A stretch of DNA of 62,062 nucleotides, the filler included, from Choristocarpus tenellus KU-1152 (taxonomy: Eukaryota > Protista > Phaeophyceae), in the NCBI GenBank assembly GCA_964200185.2. It is 7 parts of 7 records of this genome, joined end to end, with 100 filler letters (N's around TTAATTAATTAA, not from the genome) between each part and the next. Parts side by side here need not be neighbours in the genome. Positions count along the whole stretch, not along the records: positions 18,262 to 28,511 come from CAXNAD020003040.1; positions 28,612 to 31,711 come from CAXNAD020022328.1; positions 31,812 to 46,103 come from CAXNAD020001236.1; 4 more parts are not named here. One strand, 5' to 3'. Both the position numbers and the translations under genes were made by a program. Below, in pieces: positions 26,401 through 37,600 of this stretch; the first letter of the stretch is position 1; each line of letters opens with the position of its first letter. The notes under the pieces were generated by a model. That model was not told where the DNA came from, searched no databases, and was given only the letters and a program-made list of their open reading frames with translations.

Positions 26401-27249
26401 TTCACAATTGAAGCCTGTCCATGGCGGATAGAAAGGTTCTGCGAATAGGATCACTCTTACCCGTTGCATCATTTGCAAATGATCTACGATGCCTTGACTA
26501 TCCAGCTGACCCTTGTAAGGTAAAGGGTTATCAATTGTTCCAACGAAAACCTGCAACATTCATTTTGGGAACGGTGAGGAAGAAGGGGCGATTGATGAGC
26601 CAAGAAATATATTCTCCTGTAATGGTTTACGCAGAATTTACTTGCGTCCTGAAAGGTTTTCAACTCAGATAGAGGGACTTTCGTTTAGAGATTGCAGATC
26701 TGATGCCCACCATTGTCTCAGCAGGAGAGTAAAATCTTACCTTTACTGTAGGCACGCTCAACAGGTGAAAACGTTCCCGTGATTTCATGCCTGACAGGCT
26801 GGTGATGTCCACTCTTGCAAGAAGAATAGAGGGTTTATGATCCTGGAGAAGCTGCGCTGCCGCTTCCCAGCTGGGGTGAAGACGACGACATCGTCCGCAG
26901 CTTGGTGAGTAGAAAACCACAGCAAGGAAAGGGTTTGCCTGCGTAGTGTTACAAACGAATAGCATTAGGGTATAGAGCATATCTTGAAGCCAACATGTCT
27001 CGTGACCTGAATACCATGGCTCATCACACAGAGGCAAGACCTATCAAGTCGACCCCAGTCGAAGCACAAGACCTGCTCTCGCTTCAAGCCTACCAAAACT
27101 TCAATGCGAACCTCTACTGCCCTCGTCACACCGAAGAAATCCAGGTCCAGGACTAGACTCGAGCCACCATGACGCCCAATGCCTCTAACAACAGAGAAGA
27201 CCATGTACAGTGCGATGACCTCATACATCCTTGCAAAAAATGAAGGCAT
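23414..27249 (-). CDS. Protein disulfide isomerase-like protein with signal peptide and two thioredoxin domains (CGRC active sites)
   Basis: Exons 27249-27112 (hydrophobic N-terminus), 26938-26741 (FLAVVFYSPSCGRCRRLHPSWEAAA...LARVD...VPTVK), 26550-26461 (VFVG...YKGQLDSQGIVDHL), unresolved middle exon(s), 24149-23960 (DCGRCHRIGVELSKAS...VAFVRAN...IPELR), 23537-23414 (IFLKGEP...EFRGMLTGEGIKLHMEWVLEQVEAGYQ*). Confidence 0.75.
24239..24497. mobile_element. MITE family C copy (259 bp), intronic
   Basis: TIRs GAGCCAACGTAAGCGAGAGGTG / GGTACCTCTTGTTTCCTTTGGCTC; flanks CTCT/ATCT. Confidence 0.75.
24840..25227. mobile_element. Putative MITE (~390 bp) carrying internal TTAGGG repeats
   Basis: Inverted ends AGTACACAGGGGAACCCCCCT / AGGGGGTCCCCTGTGCACT; possible CAT 3-bp TSD; two internal TTTTTCACACACAA + TTAGGG blocks. 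Only one copy in the window. Confidence 0.5.
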
Positions 27250-27648
27250 CGTGTTTTCTCGGCGTCTGGAGAGCAGTCTGAGTCTTACCTTTTCTATTTC
27301 TGTTAAGCCAGTCCATAATTTTATTGTTTAGATCCTGAACAAAACCCACAACAGAATAAATTAGAACTTCAAGCGTTTCACGACAGTTTCAAACAAAACA
27401 CTATAAAATCTGTGAAGTGTACTTGCGTATTCAAGGCGTCAGGGTGGCCGTCACATGCGTTGGGCCTTCTTCTTGAGTCTTTCCCTGGTATTAAGAGCTG
27501 GTTAAGCTTTATAGTCCACTACAAACAACTCGCCACTATGCCTTGCGTGAACATCTTGTCATAGCACTGTGACCATTTGCCAGGTTGCCACATGTAGACG
27601 TCATGGGAATGTGAAAGAAAGGATTCCCATTCGAACTATTCTGGAGAC

Positions 27649-28179
27649 ATGTTCGCAAGAGGAGGAGCAGCAAAAAAGGCTGTTGAAGTTGGTACGAAAC
27701 GGGTAAGCAATATTAAGCCATACACGAATGGGGAAGGTATGCTGTTATCGATATTGATAAGTCTACAATTCTCATTCTAGGCCCTGGTTTTGCTACAACA
27801 CTGTTTTCTTCACCATAAATGTCGACCCCGAGATTTCCAGAGGTCGATTGAGTGGCCAAGTTCACCCCCCACTACTTTCTAATAATGTTCGTGCTAAGCT
27901 ATTTTTGGCGTGGATTCTTGTTTTTATACTAACTGCGTGATATGCCAGGAGTAAGTGACCAAGTGACGGATGATGAGATCCCAAATCACCGCTCGTCCCT
28001 CCGTACAGGTTGGCAATAGTTCTCGCCAGTCTCCCAGTCAACAGTATAACGTGGAAGAGCATGGAGAAGCTACTGATATCTCAGCCCTTCCCCCAGTATC
28101 GAGGGAAGAAGTCAGGAAGCGCCCGGCGTTTACAGGGAGCACCTGGGCAAGCAATGCCTACACTGAAAGGGCCGTTCAG
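27649..28179 (+). CDS. Possible first exons of an unidentified gene, divergent from the PDI-like gene
   Basis: 27649-27702 (MFARGGAAKKAVEVGTKR, donor GTAAGC) and 28009-28179 (CAG acceptor, VGNSSRQ...TWASNAYTERAVQ, donor GTACGT); both phase 0. Confidence 0.45.
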
Positions 28180-28305
28180 GTACGTCCAAAATGTGTTGAA
28201 AAGGGTTTGAGAGAAGTATTTCTTCCTCTGGAACAGGTTCAACTGCTAGCTCAACGACACAATATACATGTAGACTCCACCAAGTCTCTGCCTTCACCCA
28301 AAATA

Positions 28306-28481
28306 GGATAAAACGTATCTGGGGGGGTGGTAATGGCTGTCCATCTAGGGCCCATTTTTCCATGTTGCTATTTTTGGGCGATTTAGTTACATGCATCAGA
28401 TTAGTTCACTTCTCCTGGTCATGACACGAATGGACACCCTGGTGTAGAAACCCCCCCCCCTCCCCCCCGATACCCTCAGCC
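28306..28481. mobile_element. MITE family B copy (~176 bp)
   Basis: GGATAAAACGTATCTGGGGGGG...GTCCAT...ATGGACACCCTGGTGTAGA...CCCCCGATACCCTCAGCC; flanks ATA/ACA. Confidence 0.7.
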
Positions 28482-28511
28482 ACAACACCAATACTCCTTC
28501 CAACTTCGTGT

Positions 28512-28611
28512 NNNNNNNNNNNNNNNNNNNNNNNNNNNNNNNNNNNNNNNNNNNNTTAATTAATTAANNNNNNNNNNNNNNNNNNNNNNNNNNNNNNNNN
28601 NNNNNNNNNNN
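28512..28611. other. Artificial contig-joining spacer
   Basis: 44 N + TTAATTAATTAA + 44 N. Confidence 0.97.
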
Positions 28612-28957
28612 GCAGAGCGGGATGAACAGCAGGGAAGGCTGAGTGGTAACCGCTGGCAGGTTTGTCTGGGATGCAGTCCCCCCCCCTCCCAACTCTACCC
28701 CCCACCTACCTCTTCTTTGATTTCTTGTGAAGATACCTGTAAAATGGTGCAAACAAGGGCATGTGTGAAACAAACCTTTCGCATGGGGGGTTGTGTGCGT
28801 GTGGATGTATGTATCTATTTCTTGCATGCAAACTGCTATCGCCTTAGGGTTAGGGCTAGGACCGGGGTTAGCAGTGGCAGTGACGTTTGTGTGATTAGAC
28901 AATCCTATCTTCAAAGGGTTAGGGTTACTTTGACTGTTTTTGACGTATGGGGCTATT

Positions 28958-29231
28958 GAGACCTATTGCATTTAAGAGGTTAGGACTTTTGACCTGTTCG
29001 TCAATTCGTTTGGGGATTGACTTCCCACTTTTTTTTATTCCTTTTTTTTTTACATTTTGGAGTAGGTAGAATGTATACGACTATGAGAGGTGCGCCCGGA
29101 GTGACGATATTGGAGTGACGATATTGAAACTTGCTATCAAAAATGATAGCCAAAATTACACCATAAATCACAACCTTGGATTTTGGACCCCAAACGGACG
29201 CGGCCCTACCTTCTTAAATATGCTTTGACTC
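28958..29231. mobile_element. Old, degraded MITE family A copy
   Basis: Interior GGAGTAGGTAGAATGTATACG...GATAGCCAAAATTACA...CCCCAAACGGACGCGGCCCTACC...TTTGACTC matches family A; the left boundary is approximate. Confidence 0.65.
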
Positions 29232-29461
29232 TGACATTTTCTGCTGGAGAACCTGTTTCCCGTTCTTTAAATGAAGCTAACCCTAACCCTAACCCTAACC
29301 CTAACTCACATGTCCCGGAAGGCAATCACGCAAAAAATATGAACAGTAGCTACTAAAAGACACCAGGTATCTCTCCCATAGGATGGCTCTGAGTGCCTTT
29401 GAGAGTGACACACCATCCCACACTCACCAACCTTCTTCCCCTGCATTAACCTGTTCATCAG

Positions 29462-31596
29462 CTGAGGGAGACTCCTAGCACAGAAAGGAGGGTGTTCTTA
29501 GACCGCTATGAGGAAGGCGCCCATGAGGTAGCTCCTGGGTCTGGTGTTATCCCACGGGTGGAGCCGTTCAGTTCGCACGCGGCTCAGCTGTTCAATGAGG
29601 AACATTTTATAGTACCCGAATATAAGTGAGCGTGTTTTTGTTATTTTTGTTTTTGATATTATTATTATTATTATTATCGTTATTTTTGTTACTGTTATTG
29701 TTATTATTACTGTTGTTATTATTATATTGTTATTAATATTGTTGTGTTATTATTATTGTTATTATTATTAATATTGTTGTTATTGTTATTATTATTATTG
29801 TTATCATTATTGTTATTATTGTTGTTGTTATTATTGTTATTATTATTATTGTTGTTATATTATTATTGTTGTTATATTATTATCATTACTATTATTGTTG
29901 TTGCTAGCCCTCATTTTCTTTTCTGTTGGACCATATTTTTTTTCCTTTTGTGTGCATTTTTGACTGCATTTTTCTTGTTAAATGATTCCGAGAGATATTC
30001 CCTGTGTCCTCTTCTCATGGTACGGTGGTAGGCTCTAACAAAAGGGCTACACCCCTGTGTGCGAAAATGATTTCAAAGTCCTAATCATCGCCTTTTATTT
30101 TGCTTGAATTTTTTCTTCCTCAAACACTTTTTCACACACACATTTTTTTTTAAATTCCCGAATCAAGGTTGAGTAGCATCTTGCGTTGACCTGTTCACCC
30201 TCTTCTCCAGTATGATAAGAGGCACAGCATGGTAGTACAACTCTGCTAAACCTACTTACTCACCGAATAACACAATGCCCCCTTCCCACCCTGCCCTCAT
30301 GCATCTCCTTGGGTTTTTTTATGTTGTGGTTATTGAAATTTATTTTACTTTTTCTGCTGTGTGTGTATGTGTGTGTGTTTAATGCTTTTGGTGGGGGGTA
30401 ATGAAAAAAAATAAAAAAATGAAAAAAAGGTATATTTTTTGTTTTCCTCAGAAGGTGCCCTCCAATCCGGTGACACCCACAGTGGACGAGATCCACAAAT
30501 TCATGAAGGTCCTGTTCACCAAGGCTCGGCTCAGCAGCGAGTGCTCTCTGGTAAGAGAGGAAGAGGACAAACCAAGGTTGTGATGGGTATGGGGGGGGGA
30601 AAGGAGAGAAGAAGGTGTGTGTGTGTGTGTGTGTGTCAAAAAAATACACTGCTGTATCAGTGCAGATTGCTAGGAGTACCTTGACGTGATGGTCGTACAG
30701 ATCGTTGACCGATGTATGCCATGGAACGATTATTGTGCAGCGTATTGAATGTGGAATAAATACCTCAGAATAATTGTACAGAGTATTGACCAATGCGCTG
30801 CCTTTGAACAACTGCCGCACAAGGTATCGGCCAATGAATATATTAGAATACGTGAGAATAATTAATTTTAAGGTGCTGACCAGTGAATACCTTGGGATAC
30901 CTACTGTAGAAAAAAAGTATTTAAAACCAATGAATGCCTTTGAATAATAATTGCTCGGGGCAATGACCAGTGAATGCTGCGGAACGACTCTTGTAGAAAG
31001 TATTGACCAATGAAAAGACTCCTGGAAGGAGTGATACGAGCCAACTCTCCTCTGTCATCGAGAAGACAAGGTGGGTGTTTGAAACAGATTTGGCCGCAGA
31101 AAGTTGGTTACAATCAATCTCCTGTAACAACATGGAATGTGCCTCTCTTGTGTTGGGCTCTTGTCTGTCCCTGCTCAGGTGTGCTTAATCTATGTTGAAC
31201 GCCTGATGGAGATTGCACAGGTTCCCCTGCTCAAGTCTACCTGGAAGCCAGTGTTGCTTTGTGGACTCCTCCTCTCCTCCAAGGTGGCCAGGGATGCGTG
31301 CTGTTGATGCTGTTTTGCTTTGGTTGGAGTAGGAATTCAATGAGATGCTTGCACTTGTCTTCCTTCTCTAGTGCCCACCCCTCTCAGACCAAATTATATT
31401 ACCCTCTCCCCCCCCCCTCCCTCCCTCCCCCAACACACACACACACACACACACACACAACCGTGCCTGAAACCGAAACTCCTGAACTAAAATAAAAAAA
31501 CAATTGGTGCCTCCTGAAGGTGTGGCAAGATATCAGTTCCTGGAATGTGGAATTTGCAGACATCTACCCTCTGTTCACCATCAAGACCATTTACAG
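29462..31596 (+). CDS. Partial cyclin gene, cyclin Y / Pho80 (P-type)-like
   Basis: Exons 29462-29625, a possible 25-nt micro-exon 29995-30019, ~30452-30550 (PTVDEIHKFMKVLFTKARLSSECSL), 31179-31283 (VCLIYVERLME...TWKPVLLCGLLLSSK), 31520-31596 (VWQDISSWNVEFADIYP). LIYVERL, ASKVWDD-like and WN motifs are typical of the cyclin Y box. Confidence 0.85.
29657..29903. repeat. Compound (TTA/TTG)n microsatellite, intronic
   Basis: About 250 bp of near-continuous TTA/TTG triplets. Confidence 0.95.
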
Positions 31597-31711
31597 GTGC
31601 GCTTTGCATGTTACTGTGCTGTATGTTTTTTAATTATTTTTTAAAGAGTGTTAAAAAAAAAAAATCTTGTTGTAAGCACTTCTCCATTTCGATGTAAGCA
31701 AGACAGCACAC

Positions 31712-31811
31712 NNNNNNNNNNNNNNNNNNNNNNNNNNNNNNNNNNNNNNNNNNNNTTAATTAATTAANNNNNNNNNNNNNNNNNNNNNNNNNNNNNNNNN
31801 NNNNNNNNNNN
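31712..31811. other. Artificial contig-joining spacer
   Basis: 44 N + TTAATTAATTAA + 44 N. Confidence 0.97.
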
Positions 31812-32446
31812 GAAATGTTTACGCGCGCGCCAAACTCGCGTGAACATCTCTGGTATTGTGTGCCAAATCGCCCGAATACGAGAATTCCGGTACAAAAGCC
31901 TACTTTTTTTCAGCATGTCGAAAAAAGCGGTACAAACTTGCATATTTTTCGATTTGGTTCATAGTTTTTGGCCCCAAAATCGGGGTAGGTACTGTACTTG
32001 CGAAAATATATGAAAGATAATTCTCTAAAATCTGTATCTGTTATATTGAGTAGGAAGTTTAAAGGTAGAAAAGAAGTGAAAGGGGGAAATATGACGATAT
32101 ATATTGTAACATTCATGTACAATATTCGATATATTAAATAAGAATATTCAATTTGTGAGGGAGATGATGTCATCCTTCTCCTACGAAATGTTGAAACTCA
32201 AGAATCATGTATACTTCCTTAGAACTACTGAAGTTCATCTTTTGTTCTGTAAACATTTCACAGAACCACAACACATACTACTATTCCTTGTGCACTAGAC
32301 TAGTAGGTGTAACACGTAGGTGTAACATTGTAGAAAAACGTCATTACGGTTTATCACCACATCCAGTAACTGCTCGTCACACACCCGTTTCCCCTCCAGC
32401 GTTGTCCAAGTCGACCTTGGTGTGGAGTTGTCCTGGCAATCTCAGC

Positions 32447-34614
32447 ATGGCCAATGCTAAGATGCTCAGCTCGGCAATACTGGGGCTAGCTATAGCTAGC
32501 CTCGGTAGCGCCTTTGGAGAGTCAGCCTTTGTGCCACCGGTGAAGGGCTCCACTCGGTCCTATCCCTTCGGGCAACCAATGGCAAGATCTCTTTTCCGTG
32601 GCCATGAGCTCTGTGCAGCTACTACTGATGATGGCATGCACAGTAGGCCCATGCTAAGCAATGATTACCTCCCAGCTGAAACTCTGGAAAGGTCCAAAGT
32701 TGGCAACAAATTCGAAAAGGTGAAGTCGGCCAAGCCTGGGGACACAATGTTCACGGAGGTGAGTGACGTTGAAACAAGACGTTCAGGTTATAGAGATCAC
32801 AGCTTCCGTCTATATTTTAGTTGAGATCCATACCCGGAGACAAATATGAAAGGGCACGTCACAGATGATTGTTGAGATCACGTTTGTGCAAGATGGGTCA
32901 GCCTTCAATCAACGAAAAGGTTACCCTCTTGTTAGTATTGCGTACCATCGAACTGGGTCGAACTGCATTGATATTGTCCCATATCACTTAACATATCCTC
33001 AGTTTATCTCTTGTGATATTTGTCTATTGTTCTTTTACGGTTCGTCCATTCTCGAATGTCCTGATTCCTCTGTCCCCGTGGTCCTTCATTTCGTGCCTTC
33101 ATTACTAGCTCTAACATGATGTTTTCGGCTAAAAGAGGATCTTGTTCCTCCTGAGTTGGGGCAAAATTGTTACCTCAAAAATACTTCCTCCCAATCGGAA
33201 CTAAGGTGCATGAGCTAGCTGCAGCAGTCCGATCGGGAAAGTTCACGTGGGAGGAGCTTGACATCGATGATGCCGACATTCGCCTCAAGTGGGCAGGAAT
33301 GTTTCACCGGAGGAAGAAGAACCCTGGAACATTCATGATGCGCCTGAAGGTAGCTGCAGCTAGTACTCCTGGGCCTCCATGTAGATACCAAATAGTGGAA
33401 ATATTCAAAATGTTCTTGCCATGCTATTCTCTGTCCTCATTGCTTGCATTGACTTCCAGATGGAATGGGCATGAACAGTGTTACAGAATCCAATTTCCCC
33501 ATTCTATATTTCATAGTTCTCTTTTGCAGTTTCACATAACACAGGTTTGCCAACTCTTGCAGTGACAAGTCAGGACTTGATTCAGTGAAAGAGTGTTTTG
33601 CTAGTATGGCACTGTACAGATGCACAGGTGTCCCATGCCAGATATTTTTTGCTGCATTTTCTGCAGGAATTACATTTCCCTCTTGTAGTTTATTTTTGGT
33701 CTCACTCTGTCTCTCTTTCTGTCCGCTGCATCTTAATGCATTCTTGAAATGCCCCTTTTCATTACCAACAGAAAATATCAGATCCCTGACTATTTTCTCA
33801 GATCCCTGACTATTTTCTCAAATCCCTGACTATTTTCTCAGATCCCTGACTATTTTCTCAGATCCCTGACTATTTTCTCAAATCCCTGACTATTTTCTCA
33901 AATCCCTGACTATTTTCTCATAATTCTCTTGTGCAGTCTTCCATTTTGTGCTAAGTTATCTATGAAATGACAATTGACAACCATAGCACCCTTGTTCCGC
34001 AATCAAAACTATCAATCGTTCCAAATGTTGTGATATTGGATTTTCGCTTAAATGAACTTGCTAATACCTGAACTACTTGTCATAAAGTACTTCAGGATTT
34101 GAAATCAGATGTGGCAATGAGATTTGTTGCTTGGAACACAAACTGAATGCGCTTTGTGCTGATCTTTCCAGGAATATCACCAACGGAATCATAATGTAGG
34201 GTATGCAAATACTCTAATCCTCCATTGCTTTTTACTTGATGAAGTGGTACAGTACTGTAGATGAAACGTGTCAAGAATGAACCATTCTCATCACAGTGAG
34301 GCACATCTATGATCAAACAGATGCTTACGTGGTACAAATTGCACACCGACAGCAATTACCGCTCTAGCTCAAACTTGTTACCCAAGAAACACCTCAGTGT
34401 TCACTCATCATGTTTGGTGGAGCATCAATCTCAGTGCTTCCTGGTTTCATTCAAGACAGATGTTTGTGACTGTCTAATAAAGGACATAGTATAGAGCCCT
34501 TTGAAATCATGATGGTAAGTTCATCCTTGGACCTTCTCGTGCCCCCTGATCACCACATCCTGCCCTCCCATCCTTTTCACTTCACCCTGCCTTCTCTCTC
34601 CTCTTTATTCATGG

Positions 34615-34646
<32 letters not shown>

Positions 34647-37600
34647 CACAAACACAAAAAAAAACACCCCCACCCACCAAATTTTTTTTTTTTTTTTTTT
34701 TTTGGGTGATGTGTACACCAAGNNNNNNNNNNTGCCCTCCCATCCTTTTCACTTCACCCTGCCTTCTCTCTCCTCTTTATTCATGGCTGCCCCCCCCCCC
34801 CAAGGGCACCATCACAAAACCAATAGTAACTAACCCAGCAACCTAATGGTTTTGCATTCATGCCTTTTTGGGGATAAGGTGCCCAATGGAGTGTTGACCA
34901 CAGAGCAGTTAAGGTATGCAGCCAAATGTGTTGAGAAGTATGACCGCTCAGTAGGTGTCATTGACATCACCACTCGCATGAACCTTCAGCTGCGAGGCAT
35001 TACCCTGGGGGACTCCTCTGATGTGATCAATGGTTTCTATGAGAGAGGGCTCACAACCTTGATGAGGTGTGTTACATGGAACTCTGGGAGTAGAATTTAC
35101 TGAGAAAGGGTTATGGACTGTTTTTGTGGAGTGACCAGGTAGGATGATATGCCAGTGTCTTCTGTGAGGAAAGATGGTGTGAAATTCGTCCCTGACAGAT
35201 ATGATGTTCTTAGTTGGAGGAGGAAAGGGGGGAGGGTATTGCTGTTGTTTAGTAAAGGTAGGGAGGAAGGGAGAAATAAAGGGCTTGTGGGGGGTTGTTG
35301 GAGATGATGCTGTGGTAGAAACGAGGTATAACACTAGGCCCTCTACACCTTGAGGTTTGAGTAGTATCCATTACTGAACATTTTTTGTATCATTTTCATG
35401 ATTGCTCGTGCCTTCAACTTCATATCCGACTCAAATTACTCTGGGTGGTGGCTGTCCATTTGGGGACAATTTTCCATGCCACGATTTTTGTGTGATTAGG
35501 TTGAATGCATCGGATGGATAATTATAGTGCACCTCTCCTGGTCAGGACCCAAATGGATACCCTGGTGTAGACCCCTCCGTCCAGATACTTTGAGCCTTCA
35601 CGTTGCACATGTTTGAATACTAAAATTATATGGCTTGAGGGGGATTCACCATTGGACTGAACATGTCAGGAAATAAAGGGATTTCTGTGTTTTTTTAAAG
35701 AAATTTGGTCTTGACAAACACATCTGTCCCTGTGAAACTTCTCTATCATGGACTTCGGTGCTTCAGCAACCCATTGTAATAAAGTTGCCTCAAGCATGAT
35801 GTGTTGGTGCGTGTCAGGTGACATTTGAAGTTCTTAATCTGTTTCTTTCGTATCATTTGGTTACCATGTGCATCTACAACTGCATGATTGTATACCTCAA
35901 AGCAGTAGCAAAGTGCTCACAGTTGTGTTCTTGATGACGGTGACGGTAACAATGTCTTAACATCGTATTGGTACCTGTTGACCTTACAGCTCACTCCATG
36001 CCCTACTCGACACCTTGCCATTATCATAAAGAAATTGCTATTCACTTACAGTAACAGTAGGTTTTTACCCCTAGGGGTGTTGCATATACCCTTGCTGAAC
36101 CATCACCCAACACCCCTCACTCTTCTTCCCCATGATGCCCACACATACACAGTGGCATGGACAATGTTCGTAACATGGTGGGCAGTCCCATTGCAGGGAT
36201 TGACCCGCTGGAGTTGGTGGATACCCGCCCTCTATGTGATGACATAAACAACATGATCACAAATAAACGCAAGGGAAACGCTGCCCTGGCTAACTTTCCC
36301 CGCAAAGTCAATATTGCGATCTCAGGAAGTCGTGATGACTTTGCACACACCATGATCAATGACTTGGGCCTTCAACCGGTTGCACACCCAGAATCTGGCG
36401 AGGTAATTCCATTTCTTGTTATTGGGGATGTGTTGAAGGCAGGGGGGCACGAGACTTGTCCAAGGTCCTTTGTTCAAAGGTCTTGATGGCAATGTGAATG
36501 GATTGTTTGGTGTGGGTACACCAGTGTTGTAGAGAGAATTTCGTGGTCGAAGGGAGAGAAGACAGAACTGGTAAGGGGGAGACTGGATGATAATGCACTG
36601 CCTTTGGTGTGCATTTGTGTTGCTTTCATAAATACTGCAGGCTGAAGTGCTGTGTATGTGTGTGTGTGCTTGTGGCCACCTTTTATACGCCTTTGTCACC
36701 AGATGGGATTCAATGTTGTTGTTGGAGGCTTTTTCTCCATCAAGAGGGTGGCAGAGAGTATTCCTATGGATCTGTGGATCAAACCGGAGGATGCAGTGAA
36801 CCTTTCCAAGAGCATGTGAGTGGTCCGTGGAGACAGTGATATGTAGACATATGAATGATGCAGGAAGAGTGAGGTAAACAGTGGCTTTGGTCCTTTCTGC
36901 CCCTTCCTCTCCTTGGGATACAGCCTACCTTTGAATATTGTAACGCATAGAACTATGTAAAGAGTTGTGTTTGATGTTATGGACATTTGAGACTTTAGAT
37001 ATTTTCTTGACCTGAGTCTGTCAATATACTCTGTATTACGGCAATTACAGTTTGTAAAATCAGTCTCAAATTGAGGGGGTGTACTATTCTAGAGAATATG
37101 ATGGGAACCCTATCCTCTCTGGTCTACATGCCCATCATGCCTTCACCAGCGCTCCTCTGGACGTTTGAACTGTCTTCGTTGGATATTCTGATTCCCATCT
37201 ATGCCCTCTCACTGTTCTCATTTTTTCTGAGTAAAAGCTAAGAAAGCACCCAATGCACCCCTTCAATATTTTAATAATGTTGCCTAGGTCGGTTTCCATT
37301 TCCCTTATGTATGTTCTCCACACAATTGTCACCTAGCTATAGCCATACGCCCCTCTCTGTTGACCCATCCTTCTCCCCATGCATGTAGGCTCCTCAAGTT
37401 CCGAGATCTTGGCCCCCGGAAGGATCGCCAAAAGTCTCGTCTCATGTATATGGTAGAGGAGATGGGCATGCCAGCCTTCCGTGAGGTGGTTGTCTCAGAG
37501 ATGCGAAAGTCAGACCCAGACTTCGCGGCACTGGGAGCTGCCCCAGCACCCACAGAGCCGTTCCAGCGCCGGGACATACTGGGTGTGCACCCACAGAAGC

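Noticed and set aside
29744-30031. Poly-Leu ORF resembling a membrane protein
   Set aside because: Translation of the intronic TTA/TTG microsatellite.
31812-31996. CpG-rich contig start ending ...GGGGTAGGTACTG|TA, possible Tc1/pogo-type TIR
   Set aside because: Only one end is visible and there is no second copy in the window; not enough to call.
33781-33920. CRISPR-like array
   Set aside because: Head-to-tail 20-bp units with no spacers, inside a eukaryotic intron, with no cas genes.
34561-34801. Direct duplication flanking a 10-N gap
   Set aside because: The same ~70 bp end in poly-C on both sides of a scaffold gap, with low-quality sequence between: an unmerged read overlap.
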